A DNA stretch of 64,000 nt from Mobula birostris (lineage: Eukaryota): positions 46,052,150 through 46,116,149 of the forward strand of contig NC_092379.1 of the NCBI RefSeq assembly GCF_030028105.1, read 5' to 3'. This document shows positions 12,166 to 23,660 of the stretch, piece after piece; within the stretch, counting starts at the first letter, position 1; every line of letters starts with the position of its first letter. The notes under the pieces were generated by a model that made no database searches, was not told the DNA's origin, and saw nothing but the letters and a program-made list of their open reading frames with translations. The translations under genes and the position numbers were made by a program.

Positions 12166-13270
12166 TCATCATCACAGCTTGTCACACCAGACAGCCAGCC
12201 ACTCCAGTGTTGTTTGGTTGATGTTGAGTAGGTCAGTGCCAGCTAAATCAGGTGAGAGTGGGCAGTTGCACAGAACATGTTCAATGCTCTGCACCCTTTC
12301 GCCACGCTCACAGGATTCACTGGTCTTTAAACCCCACTTCACCATATTGTCTCCTGTTCTACAAACTCCCGCTCTCGCTCTGTTGAGAGTGCACCACTTC
12401 CGTCTGTCAAGCAGTTCCCCATCTGGCAACATTTCGTTGGGGTCTTGCACTGTATTGTTTGGTGGGGTTCTGCCTTCCGTTTGTTGCCAGAGGTCAATCC
12501 TGTATGTTAGGGGGGATGTTCCGTGTGGTAGTTCCTCCACTGTAGCAAAGCTTTTCCTCAATTTTAGGTGGTTGGAAAATGGCACATGATGATGTAATGG
12601 GTGCCATGGATCCGAGTTCTATTTACCTTTTTCAAATTTTGTTGTGGTGTGTCTTCAGATCACTGGGGGAAGGGCAATGCCTGCAGGTCTGCAAATGATG
12701 TTATTGGGTTTGGGGCACAATGTGTCCACGATTATTCGGCAGGCTTCGTTAAGCAACGGGTCTATTTTCTTCGCATGGACTGATCTGCTCCATACGGTTA
12801 CACAGTATTCTACAGGTGCATAGCAGAGTGCTAGGGCAGTTGATCTAAGTGCATAAGCATTAGCTCCCCATTTCGTGCCTGCTAATTTTTTCAAGAGAGA
12901 ATTGCCAGAGCCAACATTCCTTTTGGAGTGTTTGGATGTGGGTGGCAAATGAGAGCGTCCTATCCAGTGTTACGCCCAGGTAAATTGGAATCAAATGGTG
13001 TTCGAGCTCCTTCCCACACCAGAAGATCTTCATTTTCCAAGCTGCTTCTCGATTCCTCAGGTAGAATGCACACTCTTGAGTTTTTGATGGATTTGGTTTC
13101 AGAGACCATTTTGCATAATACTGCTTCATTGCTTCAAAGACTGCTGTTAAGTCGCATTTCAATTTCTTGGAAGGATTTATCTTGTGTTGCTATGCATAGG
13201 TCGTGCATACAGAAACCTGCATGTGTTAGGAAAGGTTGGTTGGTCGTTTGTGTGAACATTAAATAGTAGA
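12166..13270 (-). mobile_element. 5'-truncated Ingi/Vingi-like (I-group) non-LTR retrotransposon
   Basis: YLGVTLDRTLSF, KKLAGTKWGANAYALRSTALALCYAPVEYCVTVWSRSVH, terminal zinc-finger-like SCERG...EHVLCNC, and a short (TGA)n tail. Confidence 0.6.
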
Positions 13271-14045
13271 GGTGCCTGGACTGATCCCCGTGGTAGTCTA
13301 TTCATTTGTGGACGCCACCCACTCTTAATTCCATTCATTTCTACATAAAACCTGCGATTTTCTAGGAGACTTCTTATTACTTTGACTGTAGTTTCATTCT
13401 TTTAGATAATTTCAGCAGAAGGCCTCTGTGATTAACAGTGTCGTATGCTGCTATTAAGTCAAAGAATACTGCCCCTGTAATATGTGGCATTTTTTTTAAA
13501 ATTTTATTTTGATAAGGAATTCACAAATATCATGTACTTTTTTCACACATATAACCTTTTCCATTTTTTTATATGTATAAAACTACAATTATTTATACAT
13601 TCTTAAGTACACATTGAGATGATATAAAAGGAAAATAAACATTTAAATAGATAATTATGTACTGTGGTAAATCTAACCTATTAGGCTAAGTAATGGAATT
13701 AGTTGTTAAGAAAAATGGTAATAATAGTTTCCATATAACCCTTCTGGACCATTTCCACTGGTCCAAAATGTTGTATATAAGCCTATGTATCAACCATTGT
13801 AGGTGTTTATATCCTAATTTGTTCATGCTTGCTCCTGCCCGCAGACATAATTATCCAATCCCTATGTACTTATTTACTTAATTTTTTTCATTTTTTTTAT
13901 CCCTTTCCCAAATCTTTCCCTTTACTTGTGTTAATTCTCTATTTTCCAAAAGAAAACAAAAAAAAAACAAACATTTAGACTAGGGGTGCTTACGTTAGCA
14001 ATATTACTGTGTTGATGAGAAGAGCAGTATAAATCATTAGGAGAG

Positions 14046-17000
14046 TCATCTAAAGTCTGCTCGCATTGGGGTTATATATTCAATCCATTTATTCCAGATT
14101 TGATAAAATTTTTCTTTTTGAGTTCTCAGGGAGTAAGTCAACTTTTCCATTTTAAATATTTCCAAGATAATTTCGTACCAATCTTCTAATGTAGGTGGTA
14201 CTGGATTTAACCATTTTCTAGTGATTGATTTCTTACTTGCCGCTAAGAGGGCCTGCAGCAACTTTATATCTTCCTTCTGTTCAAGAAACAATACATGCCC
14301 CAAATAGAGCGTCTCAAAGTTCAGAGGTATCTGGGACCTAAGTACCTTAACTAATGTTCTATGAATACCTTCCCAAAATAGACTTAACTTAGGGCAATCC
14401 CAAAAAATATGAAAATGATTTGCCTCCTTGGAGCCGCACCTTCTCCAACACATCACATTTGTATCTTTATATTTTTCCTGATATGGGGTCTTGAAGTATC
14501 TTATAATGTTTTTCCAACAATGTTCTCTCCAAGTCAAAGAATTAGTCGAGGACCATTGAAAGCTGCAGATTTTCCCCCAAGCCTCCTCTGAAAGTACCAA
14601 CCCCGCTTCTTTCTCCCACTTCTCTTTAATATACAGTGTATTTACATTATATAATCGAGAAACGGATTTACTAGGTATTGAACTGCAAGCCGAATTCAGA
14701 ATCTTGAAAAATTCTAATTCTACTGTTGATAGGTCTGTATATCTACAACTCTGGTTAACATAGTTTTGTACTTGAAGGTACCTAAAAAGGTCATTATGTT
14801 CTAGGCCATGTTTGTCCTGCAGGATTTGGAAACTTTGTAATATTCTTTTATCTATAAATGAGAGGTAGGTTGTAAGACCTTTCTTTATCCATAGATCAAA
14901 TCTTTTATCTCCTCTGTTGGGAAGGAATTTGGTATCATATGCACACCATCTAAAGAGATTTAACATGTTATTAATTCCACATGAATTAACCACCTTCTGC
15001 CATACTTTTAATGTAAGATTTATCCAAGCGTTTTTAAATTTTTCCAACTGGGCCATCAATCCTTTGTCAGCTATTGAGGCCTGAAGAGGAAAACTGTTAA
15101 CTAATCCAAATTCTATTTCCTTCCATCCGGCCTTATATTCCCTATTACACCAATATAACAGAGGGGTTATCTGTGAGGCATAAAAAATAATTTCTCAGGC
15201 AAGGAAGAACCATACCTCCTCTTTCCTTCCCTAACTGTAAGGTGTTATATCAAATTCTAGGTTTCTTTCCTTGCCAAATGAAGCGGGAAATCCATTTGTC
15301 CCATTCCCCGAATTGATTATCATCCACCTCCACCGGTAAAGTACGGAAAAGATACAATAACCGAGGAAGAATATTCATTTTTATAGTATTTATCCTTGAA
15401 TTTAAACTTAAAAAGGGGATAAGATTCCATCTATGCATATCTGCTTTTATCTCTGAGATTAGTGGCCCATAATTTACCTGTGACAGTGTTGAAAGATCCT
15501 TCGGCAGGGTTATTCCTAAATATTTTAATGATTTAGCTTCCCACTTAAGATCATATGTATCCTGCAATTTTTTGGATGGTGTATAATTTAGGGACATAAC
15601 CTGCATTTTCTTTACATTTATTTTATAACCTGATATTTTCCCAAAGTCATCCAACAGTGTAAACAATCCTATAAATGATTTTTCTGGTTCACTCAGATAG
15701 ACCAAAACATCATCTGCGAATAACGCCACTTTCTGTTCAATCCCTGCCACCTTGATACCTGTTACGATTTCGCTCTGTCTTATTAGTTGGGCAAGCGGTT
15801 CAATATATAGCGCAAAAAGGAGAGGAGAAATTGGGCATCCCTGTCTAGTGCCTCTCTCGAAGATGAAGGAGTCAGAGAGGTCCCCATTTATCTTAATTCG
15901 GGCTGTAGGGCTGTCATATAGAGTCTGAATTACTTTAATAAACTTTTCTTGAAAGCCGAATCTTCCTAACACTCTGTATAGGAATGTCCAACTAACCGAA
16001 TCAAAAGCTTTCTCAGCGTCCAATCCTACTACCATTGTCTCTGTCTCGTTCTTATTAACCTGTTCTAATATGTGCAGGGTTCTCCTTATGTTGTCCTGTG
16101 TTTGTTTTTGTTGAATAAATCCAGTCTGGTCTAAGTGGATTAGGCCAGGTAAAAGCTTTTCCAATCTGCGCGCTAATATAGATGTAAATAGTTTGTAATC
16201 TAAATTAAGAACACTAATTGGCCGATAATTGCCACATTCTGGTTTATCTTTACCCTCTTTAGGAATAACTGAAATAATCGCTTCTCTCCAGGAAGGTGGA
16301 GTTTCTCCTCTCTGCAAGATCCAATTAAAGGTGTTAAGTAGTAATGGGGCTACCTGTGTCTTCAGGGACTTGTACCACTCTGAGGTAAACCCATCAGAAC
16401 CCGGGGACTTTCCAGCCTTTAACCTAGAGATGGCCACGTTCAGTTCTTTGACAGTTACTGGTTCTAATAAACTTTCATTTTGTAAATCTGTAAGTTTAGG
16501 TAGTTCTAAAAAATTCAATACACTGTCTATATAGGGCTCATTGGGGGCCCAGGGTTGGGAGTACAGCTCTCAATAATATGTTTCAAAACTCTCTTGAATT
16601 TTCCCTATTGTACTCTCCACAAGCTTTGTCTTTGGATTCTTTATTTTATGAATTGTATTGTCTGCTTGTTGTTTTCGTAATTTATATGCTAATAATCTAG
16701 CTGATTTACCTCCTACTTCATAATTCTTTTGTCTCAGGTAAAGAAAATTTCTTTGAGTTTCCAACGTATAAATATCATCAATTTTACTTTGCAATTTCTT
16801 AATTTCCTGTTTTCGATTTGAATTACTTTTGTTGCTATCTACAACTTGAAGTTGTTTTAATTTTCCTTGAAGGTCTGCTAATTTTTGTGCATTGATTTTT
16901 TTCATGTGAGTGGTAATGGAAATAATTTTCCCTCTCAGTACAGCTTCAATGTATCCCATAAGATCACTGGTGATGTTTCTCCCATGTCATTAAGGTCTAG

Positions 17001-17795
17001 ATATTCTTTGATTTCTCCCCTTAATCTCTCCATTACTTTCGGGTTATTGAGTATATGTGAGTTTAGCCTCCATAGTGTTTTCCTCATTTTCCTTTCCAGG
17101 ATTAGAGACATAGAGACTGGGCTATGATCTGACAGATCAATTGTTGCAATATTACAGTTTTTTATCCTGAGTCTATCTGTATTAAAGATAAAGAAATAGT
17201 CTATCCTTGAATAGGCTGAATGAGAGACTTTACTAGTAGGGTGTAATTCCCTCCAGACATCTATAATTCCCAACTCCTCCATCAATGAATTCACTTTCCG
17301 AGTCAGAGGTTTATTCTGAGTAACTATTCTTGAAGAATCTAATATAGGATTTAATCTAATATTAAAATCCCCTCCACAAATTACTACCCCTTGAGAACTG
17401 ACCATTAGGTCAAAAATGTGTCTATAAAATGACCATTCACAACCTGGAGGAGCATAAACATTCAGCAATGTTATTTCTGTACCTTCTATTCTTCCTGTGA
17501 TTTTTACGAACCGTCCTTCTTTGTCTCTAGTCTCTGAAATATGTTCATAATTAAGAGTACTTGATATTAAAGTAGCTACCCCTCTTTTGTGACTCAATTT
17601 ATATGATGAATAAAATACATGCTTAAAGCCCATTCTTTTTAATTTTCCATGTTCAGATTGGCTCATATGTGTTTCCTGGAGGAAAGCTATTTGTGCCCTC
17701 TCTTTTTTCAATTTAGACATAATCTTATTTCTTTTAATTGGATTCAAAACCCCATTAACATTATAGGAAATTATTTTTACCAATTCAGTTTGCAT
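14046..17795 (-). pseudogene. L1 ORF2p (APE endonuclease, RT, Cys-rich C-terminus), disrupted by a few frameshifts
   Basis: 16935..17795 (SYNVNG, FLQETH, GGDFN, SDH), 16570..16959, 15250..16518 (YRPISVLN, LDAEKAFD, GTRQGCPISP, FADD), 14046..15059 (CWRRCG...HIFWDC). Confidence 0.92.
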
Positions 17796-18249
17796 TTTTC
17801 TCTAGTAGAAAAAAAACACTCTCCTTTTCTAACCAAACAGTAAGCAATCCCTTCTCAACAGTAAACCAAGACATATAACCACACCCTAGACATTTTTGAA
17901 CGTGTAACATTTGAAAATTTTTCCCGACTTCCCACAGTGAGGCCTGAGCATTGACCCGCCTCAGTTCAGAAGGATAATCTCTATCTTCACCCTGTGTTAG
18001 AGGGCCCTCAGCAGTTTGAATAATCATAGAGAATTTTCTCCTATTTATGTCTCGACCATATTGCTATCATTCAAATTATTCCGCCTAGTTTATTTTCAGT
18101 TACCAGTTTTCATTTTACCTTTAAGTCCGATTTACTCTTTTCAGTCATTTCTCTTAATTAATCTGTGTTCTCTGTACATTCGCGTCTGAATATTTGCAGC
18201 TTTTCCTTGTAGTTTGACACTCTGGTTCGTGTGGAGCGTCCTCGCCCCA

Positions 18250-19136
18250 CTAACTGCCACGACTTCTGCCGAATCCTCTCCAGTAGCGACTCCGGTTAAC
18301 TTTAATAGGTAGTCCCCGGTCCGCCAGGTCCAACGTTGCTTCCTCCACCGTAGCGTAAGTTTTTGTCCCTTCGTCGTAAAAGACTCTCAGCCGAGCTGGA
18401 TACAGGGTCTGGAATCTGATGTTGTTTTCCTTCAGGACTCTCCGTGTTTCTGTATATTCCTTCCGTCTGGCAAGAATCCCCGGTGCGTAGTCGTGGTCTA
18501 AACTGATTTTACGGTTGTTCCACATGAAACCTTTCTTTTGCCATGCCTGTTTAAGCACCTCTTCCTTCGTTCTGTAACTGAGAAATCTGACCAGAATCGA
18601 TCTGGGCTGGGCGCCTGCCGGGGGCTGTGGTGCCAACGCGCGGTGAGCTCTTTCTATCTGTAGGTCTTTTGCGGCCGATATATCAAGGTTCTCTCCAAGT
18701 AGCTTCTCCACGAAGGGAATCATCAATCCGGGTTTACCTTCAGTTCCTTCGGGAACTCCGTAAATCCTCACATTTTCCCTTCTCGAGCGGCCTTCTTGAT
18801 CTATTAGTTTCCACTGGAGCTGGTCTTGCAGTTTCAGCATTTCTGCTATCACTCCTCTGCGTTTTGTAGCTTCTCTTCAATTCCAACAATCCTCGCTTCG
18901 GCTTCATCTATCCGCGAGTTAGTTTTTACTATTTCTCCTTTAATATCTTCCAGCTGTTTACTGTTATCTTGTCGGAACTCGCGAATCTCTCCGAGAATCA
19001 AGGACAGAGTCATCGATTCCCCCTCATTATCTCCGTCCTGGCTTGCCGTGGGGGAGCTAGGCCCGTCGCCTTGCTGCGTCTCTTTATGCTTACCAGCCTT
19101 CGGAGTGGACTTTTTAATCTTGTTCTTAGACATCAT
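18250..19136 (-). pseudogene. L1 ORF1p (coiled coil, RRM and CTD), split by one frameshift
   Basis: ORFs 18849..19136 and 18250..18852: DQEGRSRRENVRIYGVPEG, IERAHRAL, ISLDHDY, LYPARLRV. Confidence 0.88.
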
Positions 19137-19639
19137 CCTTGCCCCTTTTATTAATATAGTTATGCAATATTAAGTATTTGTCTAAATTCGATTATGGGGC
19201 AGTTTACCTTCTTTTTTGTCGAGAGACCTTTTCCTTACGCCCCCATTCCCTTGATGACCCGGAAGTCCCCCCGTAATACGTGGCATTTCAAAGCCATCCC
19301 CAATATACTGGGTTAAGTTCAGTACTTGACCGCAGCAAGAGCGGCCTGGCCTGAACCCGGCTTGGTCAGAGTTAGAAGATCTTGGTTGTTGAAGATTCCT
19401 GAAGGAACATACACGTTATTTGTGTTTCAACAATGCCACCAAAAGGAAAAATAAACATAGGTCATCCTTTCAACAGATGCGCCGACACAGAAAATCGTGC
19501 TTGTTAACAATGTGGGAATTAATGTCATAGAATCATACGATATAGAAATAGGGTATTCAACTCAACATGCCCACTCTGACCAGTGAGCAACCATCAGTAT
19601 TAACCCAACCTTCCAGTACTCAGCGCAAAGCCACAAACC

Positions 19640-20560
19640 TGATCCCTGTGCTCCCACGATTCATTTCAAATGCTGTCAATGACTCTGTTTCACTCTTGTT
19701 TTTCAGCACTGTAAGATTTTAGAGGTATTAATGGTGATCTACAAAGAATCGCTTGATTATGCAATGGTTTCAGAAGATTGGAAAATTGCAAGGGCCATTC
19801 CACTCTTTCAAAAGGAAGGGATGCAAAAGGCAGAACATTACAGTCAAGGTACTCTAACTTCAGTACTGTAAGGATGAAGTTTCGGGGTACTTGGAGGCAC
19901 ATGATGAAATAAAATGGTCTCCTAAAGATGAAGTCTTGCCTGACAAATCTGTTGCAACGTTTTAGAGAAATAAATACAGGACAGACCAAGAAGAGCCAGT
20001 AGATGTTGTCTACATGGATCTTTAGAAGGCCCGTTGACGGTAGGAAGCCAATGCCGGAGTATGAAATGTTGATAAAGTACCAACTCCACGGAAAGACTTA
20101 GATGGATTAGAAGAATGGCCAAATAAGTGGCAGAAGTAATACAGTGTAGGGAAGAGCATGGTAATGCACTTTGGTCAGAGGAATAAAGGCGTGGACTATT
20201 TTCCAGACGGAGAGAATTATCCCTCTCCACCCCATTCTCCTGCCTTCTCCCGGTAATCATTGACTCTCTTACTAAATCAAGAACATATCAACCTCCACTG
20301 GAGTATTGTGAGCAATTTTGTCATGTTATCTAAGAAAGAATATGCTGTCATTTGAGATGATCCAGAAGTGGTTCACGAGAATGATACCGAAATTAAATGG
20401 TTTTCGTAGCAGGTGCATTTGATGGCTCTGGGTCTGAACTCGCTGGAGTTCAAAATAATGAGGGGGATCTCATTGAAGCATATTGAGTATTGAATGACCT
20501 AGATAGAGTGGAGGTGGGGAAGGTGCTTCCTCTAGTGGATAAGTCTGATCAGAGGGCAAA
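19640..20560 (+). mobile_element. Degenerate CR1 RT and 3' fragments
   Basis: CR1-like sequence (GAAGATTGGAAAATTGCAAG, AAGTCTTGCCTGACAAATCTG, DLDRVEVGKVLPLV). Confidence 0.65.
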
Positions 20561-20569
20561 GCCTCAGAA

Positions 20570-20775
20570 CATAAAGAACCCAAGAACTCATATCTGCATA
20601 CCTCGTCTCTATTTTGCCCCGCTTAGTTCATTCCTATCCCTAACAACAACTCTACCTTCCTACATCCGTGACACTTCACATGTTCTCCATCACTTCAACA
20701 ACTTTCGGTTTCATAATTGCCTTATTTTCACCATGGACATCCTGTTCCTATCCACATCTATCCCTCATTGTGAAG
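20570..20775 (+). mobile_element. Penelope-like RT fragment
   Basis: LPSYIRDTSHVLHHFNNFRF...LIFTMDI..L.TSIPH motif. Confidence 0.65.
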
Positions 20776-21600
20776 ACCTTATGAAGCTGCAGGTAATGGC
20801 CTGCTACCCTAGCATTCTTGATACAAATTTGAATTCATTGCTCCCTCAACGATTGCAAGCTATCCAGGCCCCGAGAAAGCAAAACAGCCCAAAATCATGG
20901 TTCACAGTTGGGGTGAGGTTTTGGTGTTAGTGTGCAGTGCCTTTTTACCTCCAAACACAGCAATATGCATTTCTGCCAAAAAGATCAACTTTTGTCTCAG
21001 CTGTCCAAAGGGTGTTGTCCCAGAAGTGTTGTAGAACATCCAGATGGGCGCTTTCAAACGTCAGACATACAGCAATGTGTGTTGTTGTTTTTTTGGACAG
21101 CAACTGTTTCAGTCGTGGTGTCCTTCCAAGAACACCTTTCTTGTTCGGTGTTTTCTTATAGTGGACACAGCGACTTAAGAAGCTCTAGAGACTTCTGCAG
21201 GTCTTGTACTGTTAACATTGGGTCCTTTTTCACCTCCCTCAGCACTGCACGATGTGCTCTTGTTGTGACCTTTGCAGGATGCGCACTCCTAGGGAAAGTA
21301 GCAACAGTACTTAGTTTCCTCCAATACCTCTTTCTATGGAATGATGAACACTCTTGTCTTTAGAAAGGCTTTAGTAGCCTTTTCCATTTTCAAACATCTC
21401 CACAATTCTTCTTCAAAGATCCTCTGAAAGTTGTTCTGATTGAGGCCTGGTGCCTCTTTCTTGAGACAGCAGACTCTGTCAGTAACCTGAATCTGTGCGT
21501 CGTTTTTTATAGGGTAGGACATCTCTGTAACCCACACCTCAAATCTCATCTCATTGATTGGAACACCTGACTCCAAATAGCCTTTTATGTGTGACTCCAG
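20776..21600 (-). mobile_element. Degenerate Tc1/mariner DNA transposon fragment
   Basis: Sequence resembles the antisense of fish Tc1-like transposase genes (GGACAGCAACTGTTTC, CCTTTGCAGGATGCGCACTCC); no intact ORF. Confidence 0.45.
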
Positions 21601-21609
21601 ACAACCTCA

Positions 21610-22130
21610 TCTGTTACTATCTGTAGAAGCCTGGGAAAACCATGGCATTTTCATTCAGATGCTCTGAAGACTGCTTGAATACGGCCCAGTCCACTGACTC
21701 AAAGCAATCCCGTAGCCGTTCTTCTACTTCCCGGGACCAGCTCATTGTTGGCCGTACCTCTGAAGCCTTGTGATTTCGCCTCTTCTTGTATGTATATTGG
21801 AGGAGAACAGCCAGATGATCAGATTTCACAAAATGCGGAGTAGAGATCGAATGGTAGGCATTCCTAATCGTAGTATGACAGTGGCCAAGTGTGTTGAGAC
21901 CTCTTGTATTCCAGGTGATATGGTGATGATAACTTGCCAGAGATTTTTCCAAATAAGCCTAAATGAAGTATCCTACAATGATTTCCATGATGTTGTGGTA
22001 TGCAGTTTCTTCTTTCTTCATCATGGCACTCAATACCTCGAGTGCTTGCTTTTGTCAGCATGCCAACTGCAGCCAGGCTCACTAAGGATAACTCTCTCAG
22101 TACGTAGAATGTACAGCACGTAATCATAGA
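21610..22130 (-). mobile_element. Rex1-like LINE endonuclease C-terminal fragment
   Basis: NTRGLNTLGHCHTTIRNAYHSISTPHFVKSDHLAVLL, WSREVEERLRDCFESVDW. Confidence 0.7.
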
Positions 22131-22139
22131 TGTTCCAGG

Positions 22140-22900
22140 TCAGGTGAACAAGGTGTTCCAGGTACGTCCGAACACCACAAGTAGTTTCTTCATGAAACAC
22201 AATACTCCAGCTCTTGCCCTTTCTGACTCAGCATTTTGGTCCATCGGTGTTTCGAAAAGCCCTCGGGCTAATCCACTGCAATCAGCATCTCTGGAGTGAG
22301 CCATGTCCACTGCAGCGGACAATGCAACAATTCCTCGCTTCCCTGATGATGTACCTTCATGGGGCAGGAGCAGGCAAAAACAATAGACCTACCCAGAGAG
22401 TCAGCTTTGTGGATCTTGAGTAGGAAGTAGTAAGGTGAAGTGTGGGGTAAATAAACAATGAGTTTGTTGGCAGTGTATTGGAAACCTTCAGAGTTGATGA
22501 GGTTGATGATAGTATTGGAGATAATGTCTTGATGGTCCTGAGTGAGGCCCTTTTCAAGGGGCAAGTAAGAGGAGGTGCTGAGAGTTGTCACCAGGCCTCA
22601 CCTAGGTAGATCTTAGTCGGCCACACCACAACAGCACCCCTTTATCTGCGGGTTTGATGGTAAGGTTTGGATTGCTGGGGAGAGAGAGGATGACAGTGCG
22701 TTCAGAAGGTTTGAGGTTCGAAGAGGAGAATAGAGTGCTGAATCTGAGCCGAATGATGTCTCGTCAATAATGAAAATATTCAGGATAGGCAGAAAACCAG
22801 AAGAGGGTGTCAAAGAAGAGGAGGATGGCTAGAGACTGTTGAAGTGGTGATTATTGCGGGGTCGGGGTTCTTTGCCGTTGAACTGGGGAGCCCACACTGT
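22140..22900 (-). mobile_element. Penelope-like RT N-terminal fragment
   Basis: DHQDIISNTIINLINS...YYFLLKIHKADSLGRSIVFACSCP and the upstream LSSLSPAIQTL..NPQI region. Confidence 0.65.
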
Positions 22901-22939
22901 TTAGTCTCTCTGCTTCATTAGCAAATCCGGAATTTCCCA

Positions 22940-23410
22940 GTGACCATCCATATTCATTTCTTATCCACATTCCCATTCTGACTTGTCAGTCCATGGCCAC
23001 CTCTTCTTTATTGATGAGGACACTCTCAAATTGAAGGAGCAACAGCTCATATTCCATCCGGGTAGCTTCCAGCCTCATGGCATGAACATCGATTTCTCCA
23101 AATTCCGATACTTCTGCTCCCCATTCCCTCTTCTTCCATTCACCTCGCCAGCTTCTTAAGCCTGTTACCTCCCACTGGCGGCGCTCCTCCTTCATGTTCT
23201 CCTTTGATACACCTTCGTATCCTACTAGATTAAGATTCCAACCTCATTGCCCCTCCTCTACCCACCAATCACCTTCTAGCTTGTTTGCTTTCTTATTCTG
23301 GCATCTTCCTCTTCCTTTCCAGTCCTGATGAAGGGTCTCGGGCTGAAACGTTTCCATAGATGCTGCCTGGTCTGCTGAGTTCCACCAGCATTTTGTGTGT
23401 GTGTGTTGCT
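22940..23410 (+). mobile_element. Penelope-like 3' end with hammerhead-like tail
   Basis: (E)EQQLIFHPGSFQPHGMNIDFS-like coding end, a pyrimidine tract, then AGTCCTGATGAAGGGTCTCGGGCTGAAACG...CCAGCATTTTGTGTGTGT. Confidence 0.7.
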
Positions 23411-23429
23411 TGGGAGTGATGGCAGAAGT

Positions 23430-23660
23430 TAATTAGTTGCTATGGGGATCCCCAAAAATACAAATGGGTAATGGGTTTCATTTTAAAAGCATTTATCTGG
23501 CATATCAGGGACCATATTACCCCTAAGCCTCATATTGAGTGAGAGGATGAATGAATTTTTGAAACAGCAGATTAATTTATGGATATCAAACCACACCTTA
23601 CAGGGGTGGCTGACTGCACTACTCCAAGCCCTGTACAACCTGAATGAGAGGCCCTTTTCC
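23430..23660 (+). mobile_element. Endogenous retrovirus integrase relic, class III (ERV-L/spuma-related)-like
   Basis: IQMGNGFHFK, PYYP*AS, LSERMNEFLKQQINLWISNHTLQGWLTALLQALYNLNERP, resembling the ERV-L motif GLIERWNGLLK...NTLQGWGKVLQKAVYALNQRP. Confidence 0.55.

Larger units (their letters stand above)
13493..19267 (-). mobile_element. Full-length L1 (LINE-1 clade) retrotransposon, ~5.8 kb, with TSD
   Basis: 5' end GACTTCCGG at 19267; ORF1 and ORF2; A-rich 3' tail at ~13493-13510; TSD CCCCTGTAATATGTGGCATTT (13472..13492) and CCCCCGTAATACGTGGCATTT (19268..19288). Confidence 0.92.
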
